This document shows positions 11,157-23,327 of a DNA stretch of 64,000 bases, in pieces. The stretch is from Bugula neritina (Eukaryota > Animalia > Bryozoa). A program made the position numbers and the translations under genes. The notes under the pieces were generated by a model. It was not told where the DNA came from. It did not search any database and worked only from the letters and a program-made list of their open reading frames with translations. The stretch lies in the NCBI GenBank assembly GCA_964035545.1, contig CAXIUT010000064.1, positions 6,611 through 70,610 on the forward strand, in the 5' to 3' direction. Positions within the stretch are counted from its first letter, which is position 1. The number at the start of each line of letters is the position of its first letter.

Positions 11157-11873
11157 TTAAACGTACATTTATATGTATATATACATATTAATAATAAAAG
11201 AGTTATAATAATTGTTACAAATAAAAAATTTATTTATTACTAATAACTGTAAATTATAATAGTATTTACTTAAAAATTAAGTTAATAATATAGTTTTTAA
11301 TTTAATAACTATTTTTTCTTCTTTTTATAATGTAATTTAAAAGTGATAAAAACTTAGTATACCTATAGATATAATAATTAAAATTATATAAAAAAAAATA
11401 TATTTATTAAAATTGTTATACGTATACATACATATATATATATAATCGTAACTTTTAAGGTTTTAAATATTTTTGTTAATACAGCTATTACCAGTTATAT
11501 ATTGTTATTATATGTATGTATATATACATGTGTATATTTATAAATTTAAATAAATAAACATAACTAATCGTATTAAACCCATAATAGTTATTATTACCAT
11601 ATGTATTAAAGGTCGTATAGTAATTATATATATATAAAAAATTTGCTGATAGATATCTAAAAATTATTCTAATATTTTTTAATTTATTAATAAAACTATA
11701 TATTTATTTTTTATAAATATATTTATTTAATGCATCTATAAAACATAAGTATAGTTAATTGTAAATATGTCTATAATTATTAAATTATTACTTTTTTATT
11801 AAACTATATTTTATTTTAATTTAAAGTAAACTTTAAACAGTTAAATCGGATTAAAAAAAAATATTGATCTTGA

Positions 11874-12107
11874 TTATATATACAAAGATAGATATAAATA
11901 TAAAAATTCTATATGATAAATAATTTGTAAATATAAAAGTTCTATATGATAAATAATTATCAGTAGTATATAAGCTAAATAGCACATTATAATAAAGTAT
12001 ACAACGCATGTAGCTGCAGAATAAAATGATAAAATTTTACTTTTTTTTAAATTTTCTTGATGCATAAAAAATATAAAGATAGCTATTTTTATAAATTTTT
12101 GAAACAT
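11874..12107 (-). CDS. Hypothetical 77-aa membrane protein with an internal IIYHIExLYL duplication
   Basis: ATG preceded by TAA, open frame, hydrophobic C-terminus; no recognised homologue. Confidence 0.35.
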   Translation of the reverse strand: MFQKFIKIAIFIFFMHQENLKKSKILSFYSAATCVVYFIIMCYLAYILLIIIYHIELLYLQIIYHIEFLYLYLSLYI

Positions 12108-12249
12108 TTATTTTTTTTTATACTTTTTGTATATGTAATTATCTTTAAAAATTAATAATATATTTTATTTAGTAGTAGACAACTAAAAAATATTTTTTTT
12201 TATAGTTTCTATAAGCTACTATTGTTATATTAATTATTTTTTACTTTTG

Positions 12250-12560
12250 TTTTTAATACTTTCTTAAAATTTACTTATTAGTATATAATAGTGTTTTTTT
12301 TTAGTTTATTTATTTTTTGACTAATAACACTCTTTATTATACTTTTTAATTTACTAAATTCTCTTTACTTCGTTTATAATTTATAAACTTATCTCTTAAT
12401 ATACTGTTTTAATTTTTTACAGTATTTATCACTTTTTCAGTGACGCTCTTTAAAATATCTTAGTTTATTAAGATCTCTTTTTATTTTATTTGTATACTAT
12501 ATAGTATAAATTCGTTTGTTAATGTATTAACATAATCCTTTAATTTACCTATATTTTTAT
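12250..12560 (-). pseudogene. Decayed GYP-family coiled-coil ORF (similar to member D)
   Basis: Fragments reading YTNKIKRDLNKLR and INKLKK..HYYIL, with stops and frameshifts. Confidence 0.6.
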
Positions 12561-12599
12561 AAGTTTATTAATTAATATCTAGTTAAATGTATAATACAT

Positions 12600-12655
12600 T
12601 AATTAAAATTATAAGTGTGGTCTCGGTCTAGAGTGAACACTAGTTAAATGTATTA
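12600..12655 (+). pseudogene. Inverted copy of the SSU rRNA 5' terminus
   Basis: aagtgtggtctcggtctagagtgaacactagttaaatgta versus rns 5' gagtgtgatcttggcttagagtgaacgctagttaaatgta. Confidence 0.8.
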
Positions 12656-13466
12656 ATTAATACCTTTTTATTTTTTAAGTAAGTTTATAGTTCTTATATT
12701 ACTTTACATTTAGTATATCATAATAACTTTTTAATTTATTTATTATTTTTAAAAAGTTTTTTAATTTAATCAGTAAGTATAAGTATATAAATATGTATGC
12801 ATATACTTATAATTATAAGTTTTAAATTTTTTATTGTCTATATTTAGATAATTATCCTTGATTACGTTATAATTAATAAAAAAGTTATCTTATGTTAAGC
12901 GATTAAGAAAATAAAATAAATCTATTTAATTTAAGGTAAGGTTTTTATTTTACTGCTGTTAAATTTAACTTAAAATATAATAGAGTTTGGTATAATTATC
13001 TAATAATAACGTTAAAAAATTTAATATTAGATAATTAAAAATATATTAATATTTTTTATTTAAATTTAATCAAAAAATTAAATATATTAGTTTGTCTGTT
13101 TATATATATATTATAGTTTAAAATCTATTCAAATTTTCTCACGGTACTTCATTAAGAGTTGAGTCTTTTGTACTAAGTACATGAAGTTTATCTGTGTGTG
13201 TACGTGTATATGCATATGTATATATATATATTTAAAGAATTAAGATTAAAAAAAAAAATTTAAACTATAATAAATAAACACAATATAAATATATATATTA
13301 AAATTTTTAATACTGAATAAATAGGGAATATATTAGTGTATTTTAACGTATTAAAGTAACTGACGATTTTAAAAAGAAATTTTTTAGCCATTTATTTTTT
13401 TTTTAATTATATTAACAGTTAAATGAATAAATATAAATAAATATATGTGTGTATATGTGTGTATGT

Positions 13467-13745
13467 TTAAATATAATAAATAAGTAATATTTGAATTATT
13501 ATTATAATAAAAAATTTTACTAATTCATTAAAATTTAAAGATGATATAGTTTTTGTATGTGCTGAAATATATTGTAAAAAGTTTTTAAAAAAAAAAAAAC
13601 ATTTTTCCGCTAAATATTTATCTATCAAATATATAAAATTATTACCCAATAGATTTTTATAAAAAAAAAAAAAAAAATTTTTAATAAAATAATCTATAAA
13701 TAATCCATTTTTAAAACTGTTTTGATTTTTTAAAAAAAATTTCAT
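13467..13745 (-). CDS. ymf57: Ymf57 (split C-terminal part of Nad5)
   Basis: 92 aa; GLFIDYFIK motif and C-terminal helix resemble ciliate Ymf57. Confidence 0.65.
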   Translation of the reverse strand: MKFFLKNQNSFKNGLFIDYFIKNFFFFFYKNLLGNNFIYLIDKYLAEKCFFFFKNFLQYISAHTKTISSLNFNELVKFFIIIIIQILLIYYI

Positions 13746-13889
13746 TTAAATATTTATTAATAAAATTAATTTTATTTCTTTATTGTAAATAAAAAATATT
13801 AACTATAAATATATTTATCAGTAAAAACTAAGAATTAAAAAAAAAATTTTTATCTACTGTAAGTAATTTGATATCAATTGAAGATACAT

Positions 13890-14420
13890 TTTACTGTTAG
13901 GGGAAAAAATTTACCAAATTTTTTTTTATAATTTTTTTTTGTATATTATAAGTAATAAAACATTAAGTTATAACATATTTTTACTTGTAAAAAAAAAAAT
14001 TATTTAGTAGAATTTTTATAATTTTTTTTTATCTATTATTTATTATAAGCGATAAAATATTAAGTTATAATGTATTTTTTACTTTTCTGTTTATTATAGG
14101 TAATAAAACATTAAGTTATAACGTATTTTTACTTGTAAAAAAAAATTATTTAATAGAAATTTTTATAATTTTTTCTATCTATTATTTATTATAAGTAATA
14201 AAATATTAAGTTATAATATGTTTTTACTAGTAAAAATAAAAAAAAAAAAGTTCTAACCAAGTTTTTTTTTATAATTTTTTTTTTTATTTATTATAAGTAT
14301 ACTAATATTAAGTAGAAGTGTATTTTACTGTTAAAAAAAAAATTGGTAGAATTTTTTTATAAATTATAAGAGATATAGTATCAAGTAGAGATATAGTTTT
14401 TTTTTTATAAAATTAGTTTT
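13890..14420. repeat. Repeat family A, locus 2
   Basis: Several degenerate units of taataaaacattaagttataacatatttttacttgtaaaaaaa. Confidence 0.85.
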
Positions 14421-14881
14421 ATTAAATTTTTTAATCAAAAAAATCATAATTAATTTTTAATTTTTTAAAGTTATAATTTTTTTTTTTTCCCTTAAAAAAA
14501 AATAAATCGGTTTTAAAAAAAATATTTATCAATAATATATAATTATAAAAATCTATACAATATAAATCTATATAATACATAAATCTAATATAATTTTTAA
14601 AAATGTTATAAAGGTTTTTATATTTTATAGTAATAAAATTATTATTAATTTTATTATATGTTAAATTATTTCGAAAAATTAAATCAATATCTATAAAATA
14701 TAATATTTTAAAAAACTGAATATACGAAAATCATACATTATAAGATAGTCATTTATAATTTTTATTATAAATAAATGAATTTCAAATCATTGAAGAATCA
14801 ATTCTATGTAAAGTAGATAAACTTTTTTGTGCTATAGTACTATATAAAAGAATTGCACTTTTAAAAAATTCTACTTATAGT

Positions 14882-16120
14882 TTATCTGTCTATTTCACCA
14901 AATACAATATCTATAGTTCCTATAAGAGCAGCTAAATCAGCTAAATAATGCCCTTTACTTAGTTTAGGTAAAATTTGTAAATTATAAAAACTGGGTGATC
15001 TTATTTTACATTTTAAAGGTTTATTTGAATTATTACTTAATAAAATAGTTCCAAATTCACCTTTAGGTGTTTCTATATAATTAAATAAGATATTTTTTTT
15101 TATATTTATACCCGTATGTCATTGTAAAAAATGTTCTATAATATCTTCCATATATACATTTTTTTTTAATTTATTTCATTTTTTATTAACTAAATTTTGA
15201 TATATATAATTATCATTTAATTTACTATTCAACAATAATTCGCAAATATTTGTAATAATATTTAAACTTTCTCCCATTTCCAACATTCTTATTAAATACC
15301 TATCATAACAATCCCCGTTTATTCCTAAAAAGCTTTTTATATTTAATCTATTATAGTTTGAATAACTATGTTTATTAGATAGTCTTAAATCTTTTTTTAA
15401 ACCTACACTTCTAGCCATAACACCCGATAAATTTCAGTTTATAATATTATTTTTATTTAAAGTTCCTATATTAATTAGTCTTTGTTTTCAAATTTTATTA
15501 TATGTTAAAACATTATGCATTTCATTTAATGTTTTATAACAATTTTTAATAAAATTTAAAATATCTACTAATAGTGTTTTAGAGATTATAAAGTTAAAAT
15601 TATTACTTATCTTATGAAATGCAGCGTGCATTCTTGCCCCACTAACTCTTTCATAAAATTCCATAATATTTTCTCTTTCTTCAAAAGATCAAAAAATACT
15701 AGACATACTTCCTATATCTAATGCATGACAAGCAACAGCTAACATATGATTTAATATTCTAGTTAACTCATCAAATAAAACTCTAATATAGCTTGTTGTA
15801 TTACTTTTATGTTGAAAATTTAATAGCTTCTCAATAGTTAAACAATAAGCATGTTCTTGACTCATCATAGAAACATAGTCTAATCTATCGAAATATGGTA
15901 TAGATTTTTCATAATGTTTAGTTTCTATTAATTTTTCAGTACTTCTATGTAAAAGACCTATATGAATATCTGTTTTTTCTATAATCTCATTAGATAGTTG
16001 TAATACTAGTCTTAAAACTCCGTGAGCTGCAGGGTGTTGTGGTCCAAAATTTATAATTAATTTTTTATTTTTATTATTATTTTTTAAAGAGTTTCAATTA
16101 AAAAAAAAACTAAAATTCAA
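14882..16120 (-). CDS. nad7: NADH dehydrogenase subunit 7
   Basis: [23 protein letters not shown] and C-terminal DIVFGEIDR; TTG start inferred. Confidence 0.96.
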
Positions 16121-16167
16121 GTGTAATTATTTATTTAAAAAAATAATATTAAAAATAGTAAAGTTAG

Positions 16168-18234
16168 TTAAGATTTATACCTAAAATTATTTAATTTTAT
16201 TAATTTATTATCGTATATGAACGAATTTAATAATTTTTTATTTTTACTAGTTTTTAAAATTGAAAAATAGTTAGTTAAAAAATCGAATTGAATACTATTA
16301 AAAATTCCTTTAAAATATAATGGTTGTTTGAATATAAATTTAGGAATTTTTTTTTTCATTTTCATTCAAAATTTTTTTTTAACTCTTTGCCTTTTACGAA
16401 TTCATTTCCTTATTTTTTTTTTTATATATAGAGATTGTACTTTAACTTTTTTTAAAAAAATTCAAAAATTTAAATTTATAGGAATTTGATATATTTGTTT
16501 TTTTTTTTTTATATAGAAATGTTTATAAAATAGGGAAAAATCTTTTCAAAAATTATAAGATAAATTAAATTTTATAGAAAAATAGGAAAATAAAAAATCA
16601 TTACTTTTTATAGTATTTAATGTTTTAGCTTTTAAAAAAATTGGAAAAAAATTTTTATATCGTCTTTTTTTTATTGTTTTATTTTTATAAACACTTCAAT
16701 GAGTTATTCTAGATTTTTTATAAGTTATTAATTTTTTTTGTCAAAAATTAAAAAAATAAGTTTTTTTTTTTTTTTTTTTTTTTTTTGTAAAATATAGCTT
16801 TATTGCAGAACCAATTGCCATACGATTATTAAAAAATATATAATTAGTTATTAGTTTTTTTTTTTTACTATTACTATATCTATGATTTAAAAAATTTATA
16901 GAAAAAAATAATCTTTTACAATATTTAAATTTAATTTTTTTATATTTAAATAATAATTTTCTTTTTTTTTTTTTAGTCTTAAAATATATACGTTTAAATT
17001 TTTTTTTTCTTTTAAAATATTTTTTACGTTTTATAGTAGAAAGTGTATTTATTTTATTTAATTTCATTAATGATTTATATAATAAATCAAGTGTAGATTT
17101 TTTTTTAAAAAAATTTCATAAAAAGGTAAAAAAAAATTTTTTTTTTCAAAAATTACATATTAACTTTATATTAAAAAGTTTTAAATAACGTGGTCTAAAT
17201 TTTTTTCTTCTCATAAATTTTCAAAAAAATCTTGGTTTACAATTTATCCTTAAAATTTTATAAAAAGAAATATTTTTTAGAAAAAAAAATTTTTTTTTTT
17301 TTTTTTCTTTTCTTATTACTGTATACTTATATTTATTAATATAATTTTTTTTTAAAATTTTTTTATAAAAACGTATATAATTTAATTTATTTTTATTTAA
17401 AGATACTTTTAACTTATCTTCTAGTTTTGTATTAGTTTCATTATAAAAGTTATTATTTCATTTTAATTTACGCGTAAAATACTCTTCTCTAAATATTCTA
17501 AAGAAACGTTTTTCATCCACTACTTCTTCCAAAAAACGTATTTTAAATCTTGATATATATGCTATTTTAAATCGTCTTTTTCAATATATATTTAATTTTT
17601 TTTTTTTTTTATCTAATAATGTTTTAAATGTATTAAAAAATATATTTGATATATTTATTTTTTTTTTTTTTAAATAATAAAGATTATTATGATTATATAA
17701 ATTATTAGTAATTAAGGAGTAATTTTTTTTTTTTATTATAATATTACTAAAAAGTTGTTTTAACAATGCTAAATTTGTACATATCTCATTTTTTGTTATT
17801 TTAATATCATAATAATTTGATACATAATAAATATATACATATTTTCTTACTAAACGATTTCATAATTTTAATTTTTTTTTTTTTTTTTTCTTTACAATTT
17901 TATGTGTTAGCTTATAAGACTTTTTTACTTTAATTTCATTTTTATATTTATTTACTAATAAATGTTTTCACTCTAAACGATTATAATTATTTTTTAGTTT
18001 TTTTTTAAATTTATATAAAATTTTTTTAAAACTAATACTGTAATAAATTCTTATATTAGAATATGATATTTTCCTTAATAAAAAAAAAAATTGTTTATAT
18101 TTTTTAAAAAAAATATAAATATTTTTATAATTAAAATAAGATTCAATAAAAATAGACATTTTTATTTTTTTAAAGCTAGATTTTTTATATTTAGTTAAGG
18201 CTTTAATATACTTTCTTTTTTTTGGAAAAAACAA
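16168..18234 (-). CDS. ymf76: Long Lys-rich ORF (688 aa); C-terminal part probably Ymf76/uS4m
   Basis: Four track ORFs share one frame, with no TAA/TAG between 18234 and 16168 (checked codon by codon); C-terminal IQFDFLT resembles the Ymf76 end; downstream of rps13 as in Tetrahymena. Confidence 0.55.
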
Positions 18235-18765
18235 TTAATTTTTTGTTAATAAGTTTATTTTTTTTTTTATAAAAAAACCTATATAACTACAGTTATTATC
18301 TATAAATTTATATTTACCAATTAATTTCCTTTTATAACTAGTTTTATATTTAATATTTAAATTATTATAATTAATTTTTTTTTTATAATAATTTATAATA
18401 TAAAAAAAATTTTCTAATAAATAACTTTTTACGTGATTAATATCAATATTACCTTTAAATTTGTTTAAAAATAATTTATGTTTTTTTGCCTTTTTTAATT
18501 TGTATTTTTTACGACTAATAGAGTTAAAACCATATGGTCTATATTCATTAAGCTGAGATAAAAACTCTATATTTTCTAAGTATACAATTTTATGAATATT
18601 TTGTACCTTATCAGTATTGATTATTATTTTACTATAAAACGGATATATATCTGCTTTATAGAAAAAAAAATTATTTATATTTTTTTTTTTATTATATTTT
18701 TTTTTTTTTTTTTTAAAATAAAATAAATTATTTACACTATTTAATTTATTATATAAAAATAACAA
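18235..18765 (-). CDS. Hypothetical 176-aa basic protein (probably a divergent ribosomal protein)
   Basis: Open frame packed between rps13 and the ymf76-like ORF; its stop abuts the next start. Confidence 0.55.
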   Translation of the reverse strand: MLFLYNKLNSVNNLFYFKKKKKKYNKKKNINNFFFYKADIYPFYSKIIINTDKVQNIHKIVYLENIEFLSQLNEYRPYGFNSISRKKYKLKKAKKHKLFLNKFKGNIDINHVKSYLLENFFYIINYYKKKINYNNLNIKYKTSYKRKLIGKYKFIDNNCSYIGFFIKKKINLLTKN

Positions 18766-19400
18766 TTTTTTTTTTTTTTTTTTTTTTTTTTACCCATTTT
18801 TCTTCTACTTTCGTTAGGTATAACTAAGGTATATTTTAATTTATATAAATTTTTATAATTATATAAGTATAATGAAAATAATATTGGTAATCCTATTGTA
18901 GCGACTAATAAAATTTTTTTTTTAGCTACATTATGTTTTTTTTTTTTTTTTTTTGTTTTTACTCCAGTTATAATATTTTTTGATAATAATTGTGGATCAA
19001 ATTTTACCTTTTTTCTATTTTGTCTCGCTAATCTAGCTATAAATTTAAATCCTTGACCCCATTCTTGCATTCATAATAAATATCATAATCTATTATTATA
19101 CTCCGCTAAAATTAGTGTAGGAAATATATCTCTTTTTCTTCGACCAAAAAGTTTATAAAACTGATTTACTCTAAACAAGAATACAATTCTATGTTTTTTA
19201 TTACCTTTATTATTACTATGACTACGTTGTCCATTAGAAGAATATCCCCTAACTTGTCTTCATATTTTCATATAAAACAACATATCTTTTATTAACAGCT
19301 TACTTAATATAACATCTTTAAAATTAAATAATTTTTTTTTTTTTTTTCTTATAATAAAACTACTACTTATTTCTTTATTAATATTTACTTTTTTTAACAA
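18741..19400 (-). CDS. rps13: Ribosomal protein uS13m
   Basis: RGYSSNGQRSHSN motif and ciliate-type AEYNNRLW...QEW extension. Confidence 0.88.
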
Positions 19401-19685
19401 TTATTTTTTTTTTTTTTTAGGTCTAAAATTAAAGGGCTTTTTAAATTTTAAAAAGTTTATACCTCTAGAATTAATAGAATATTTATAAAAATTTTTCCTA
19501 ATATAACAGTTTCCTAAATGAAAAAAATATGTATGCATATAATTTATCGAATTAAATCTAATATTATTTTTTATTAAACCTAAATTTTGTAAACCTTTTT
19601 TTTTATTAACTAATTTTAACTCTATAAAATATTTATAAAACTCGTATCTATTTGTTTTAAAAAATTTTCACGCTGATTTTGCCAA
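19401..19685 (-). CDS. rps19: Ribosomal protein uS19m
   Basis: MAKSAWKF start and KPFNFRPKK end; follows rpl2. Confidence 0.8.
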
Positions 19686-19686
19686 T

Positions 19687-20442
19687 TTATTTTTTATGTT
19701 TTGCAACTCAATTTCAAGGGCTCAATTCAGGTTGAGATGTTTTAGTTCTCCCTCCATTGGGGTGATCAACTGGGTTCATTGCTACTCCCCTAACATTTAT
19801 ATTTTTTTTTCTATGTAAACTAAAACCAAATTTGCCTTCTACTAATTCATTTACTTTAAAATTTTTATTTTTTCCAATATATACATTTAAAAACTTGGGT
19901 AAGTACTTATGTTTACCCGATGGTAGAATCGTTAAAACTAATTTTTTTTTTGATTTTTTTGATTTTTTTTTTTTACAATAAGTTCCACTTGATCTAGAAT
20001 ATGTAATTTTATTATTGACAATAACGTTTGAAAATAATATAAAACTAGGTAATTTATTTAAATTTATTATAATGCTTTTAAAATAAAATTTATTTTTTAA
20101 ATATTTAAATAAAGATATATTGAATAAAATTTTTCCTACATTTAAAAATTCAATTCCTGGAATATACGATTTAAAATTAAATATATTTTCACATTTAAAA
20201 AATTGCTTATAAGGTTTTTTTAAATAAGATACATTTTTTACAATTGTATTTATATAAAAAGCTGATAAACTAAAGTATTTTATATTTTTCAATTTATAAA
20301 TTTTTTTTTTTTTATGCATCAAATTATTATTTATTAATTTTTTTTTATTGTATATGTATATATAACTATTATCAAAAATATTTACATCTTTTTTATGTCT
20401 AAAGGATGGTATTTTTTTTTTTAAATTTTTTAAATATAACAT
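19687..20442 (-). CDS. rpl2: Ribosomal protein uL2m
   Basis: LPSGK, VRGVAMNPVDHPNGG and SPW motifs. Confidence 0.96.
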
Positions 20443-20725
20443 TTATTTTAGATTTATAGTAATTAGAATTACTTTTAATATAATTAATTAATTCTGGTTT
20501 TTTAAATAGTTTATAATCTATTATACTTTTTTTACCAGTATATCATAAAAAATTACTCATTAAATATGGTCGAAGTTTTACATAAGCTCCAAAATATATT
20601 AATTTTCTTTTTGATTTTTGTTTTTTTGATATTTTTGATAAATATTTTCATAATTTTTTAAACTTTAAACGTCTATAATTTATATTTTTTAAGCTATAGC
20701 AATTGAATTCAATTTCTCTTATCAC
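20399..20725 (-). CDS. 108-aa basic ORF at the ymf74 position
   Basis: GTG after TAA, open to TAG 20399; lies between nad10 and rpl2; assignment by synteny only. Confidence 0.55.
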
Positions 20726-21174
20726 TTAATATTTTTTAAAATTAATTGTTGTAACTTTAAAGTACCAAAAAATAATGACTCTGCTGTTGGTGGACATCCT
20801 GGTATATATAAATCTATAGGTATAATCTTATTACAACCCTTTACAACATTATTAGAATAATGATAATAACCTCCTCCATTTGCACAACTTCCCATAGAAA
20901 TTACTCATTTAGGATTTGACATTTGTTCGTATATTCTTTTTAATGCTGGTGACATTTTAATTGTTAATGTTCCAGCAACTATAATTAGATCGGCTTGTCT
21001 AGGTGATGCTCTGAATATAATACCAAATCTGTCGTAATCATATCTACTTACTGTTGCATGCATCATCTCAACTGCACAACAAGCTAATCCAAATGTTAGT
21101 GGGTAAAAAGATCCATGTCTTGCTCAATTTATTATAGTTATTAATTTTAATTTTAATAAATTTATTAAATTCAC
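20719..21174 (-). CDS. nad10: NADH dehydrogenase subunit 10 (NuoB/PSST)
   Basis: [28 protein letters not shown] and [10 protein letters not shown]. Confidence 0.96.
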
Positions 21175-21195
21175 TTAGTATAAGTATAGTATAGA

Positions 21196-21603
21196 TTACA
21201 TATTTCTAAATTTTCTTCTTATATGTAATTTTAAAAGAGGGTCCTGTTTTAGACCATAAATAGATCTTCTTCGTATCTTTCCGTGAAGAGGAGAAAAATC
21301 GTATACACCTCTTATACATGTATAATTTACAACAGGTAAATCTCTTGCAGCATTGCCATTTAATAATACTTTTGAAAATTTTCTTAAATTATGACCAAAA
21401 CCAGGTATATGCCCTAATGCTCTTTTTTTTGTTGATAATCTAATTTTTGCAACAGGTCTTCTAGCTGAATTTGGTTTTCTAGGTGTACATATTCTTAATC
21501 TCAATATAACACCTTTTTTTTGAGGTGCTCCTTTAAACTTAGGTTTTTTGTTTCTTTTCGGTCTTTTATAAAAAGTTTTTATTTTTCACATTGGAGAAGA
21601 CAT
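21196..21603 (-). CDS. rps12: Ribosomal protein uS12m
   Basis: PQKKGV, TPRKPNSARR, IPGFGHNL and RDLP. Confidence 0.96.
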
Positions 21604-21668
21604 TTATTTAACTATATCGAGTTTATAGTTACATAATTAACTATATAATTTAAAATTATCAGTATATG

Positions 21669-22145
21669 TTATAAATATATAGATAGTATAAAGTAGATAT
21701 CTATAAAATAAAAAATACTTAATATAAAAAAATTTAATATAAAAAATATCACTAATAATAATTTAAAATTTATATTTTTTTTTTTTAATTTTATGTAATT
21801 AGTGTTAATATTAGTATTTTTTATAAAAAATATCTGTATATAAAAAATCATATTAAAAAAAACTATAAAAACTATTAAGTATAGGTATATAAAACTTATT
21901 TTCGATAAAATATGTATTAAATAATTAAACTTAACAAAAAATAGTATAAATGGTGGTATACCGGTTAATGCTAAGATTAGCGGAAAGATTATTAGTTTAA
22001 ACTGAGATAATTTTGTAATATATTGTAAAATATATGGTAATGATAACGAGTTAATTTTATTAGAAAAAATAAATTTTGTTAGATATTGTATACAGAATAA
22101 ATTTACAATATATAATATCAAGTAAAGATTTAAATATAATGTCAT
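21669..22145 (-). CDS. nad2: NADH dehydrogenase subunit 2, C-terminal part (nad2_b)
   Basis: LTGIPPFILFFVK motif of ND2; upstream of rps12 as in Tetrahymena. Confidence 0.85.
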   Translation of the reverse strand: MTLYLNLYLILYIVNLFCIQYLTKFIFSNKINSLSLPYILQYITKLSQFKLIIFPLILALTGIPPFILFFVKFNYLIHILSKISFIYLYLIVFIVFFNMIFYIQIFFIKNTNINTNYIKLKKKNINFKLLLVIFFILNFFILSIFYFIDIYFILSIYL

Positions 22146-22815
22146 ATTTTATATAAAATAATTGTAAGGTACACCCTACTGAGCCAGTTTTTGTCCATAT
22201 ATCTCATTTATTTCTATTTAAACTTAACATTTTATTGCTTAAAGAATATCTTCCTTTACGGTAAAAAATAACTTTTTTTCTAGAATTACCCCCTCTTCCT
22301 AATTTTCCATTAAACCTTAAAGTAACTCCTTTTATTTGCAATAAATATCTATTTGGCATAATATACTTATTTATAATTCTAATAAAAAATAAAAAATATC
22401 TTCTATGTCTTTTAAAATGAATATTATCTAATTTTCTTTTAATATATAAACATATGTTTTTTGTATTTTTTAATCAAATATTTATTAGAAACATATATAT
22501 AACTTCGTTAAAATATTTAATTCCAAAATTTTTAAAATGTTTATTTCTAGTAGTAAAAAGTATTTTTTTTATTAATTTTTTGGGTAATATTACTATACTA
22601 TTTATACTTTTTTCTTTTGTATTTAAATTATAAATTTTTTTTAAATAATACATATTAAATTCTTGATAATTATTATTATTTAGTTTATTTTTTTTATTTT
22701 GTTTAAAAAAAAAAAAAAAATAATTTAAATTTACTTTATTTTTCACTTTATTATAACTTATATAGTTAGTATTATTATATAAATTAAATATAAATAATTT
22801 ATAAATATAAAACAA
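22060..22815 (-). CDS. ymf64: uS3m C-terminal domain protein (Ymf64-like)
   Basis: IKGVTLRFNGKLGRGGNSRK...TKTGSVG, typical of the S3 C-domain; overlaps nad2_b by ~86 nt as read. Confidence 0.72.
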
Positions 22816-22834
22816 ATTAAATCTATTTAAAATA

Positions 22835-22906
22835 TGTCAACAAAAAGAATTGAACTTTCGACCCTCAGATTTTCAGTCTGATGCTCTACCACTGAGCTAT
22901 GTTAAC
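22835..22906 (-). tRNA. trnF: tRNA-Phe(GAA)
   Basis: Cloverleaf with tcaga-CTGAAAA-tctga anticodon arm. Confidence 0.95.
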
Positions 22907-23079
22907 TTAAACAATAAATTTAGTATAATAATTTGATTAAAAAAAAAAATATTTATAAAAATAAAAGTTTTTCAATTTAATAAAATTAACTGATCTATTC
23001 TATATCTAGGCAATGTTCCTCTGATTAATATACTTAGTATTACCAATAATATACTTTTTATAAACAAGAAATACGATAT
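22897..23079 (-). CDS. nad1_b: NADH dehydrogenase subunit 1, C-terminal fragment (nad1_b)
   Basis: IRGTLPRYRIDQL...WK motif; start uncertain; first in-frame stop lies within trnF. Confidence 0.88.
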
Positions 23080-23083
23080 GGTT

Positions 23084-23317
23084 TTACAAGAAGTAAATAG
23101 TTCCTCCTAATAGCACTGCTAAAAAGACGAACGTTTCAATCAATGCAAATGCCATAAGTGAGGTGTTGAACAGACTTTCACTGTCCTCGGGGTTTCTTGA
23201 TGCAGCTATACTATAGCCTGCAAACAGTATTCCTGTACCCATAGCTGCTCCAGATAGAGTAATTGAGATGAAACCTAGTGCAATGAATTTGGAAGCGTTT
23301 AGTGCTATCAAGTTCAT
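23084..23317 (-). CDS. atp9: ATP synthase subunit c
   Basis: GAAMGTGILF, SRNP and FALIE. Confidence 0.97.
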   Translation of the reverse strand: MNLIALNASKFIALGFISITLSGAAMGTGILFAGYSIAASRNPEDSESLFNTSLMAFALIETFVFLAVLLGGTIYFL

Positions 23318-23327
23318 CGCACTTAAT

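Noticed and set aside
1-14800. Integrated mitochondrial plasmid or transposon as the source of the accessory ORFs
   Set aside because: No DNA/RNA polymerase, transposase, integrase or homing-endonuclease motifs and no terminal inverted repeats seen.
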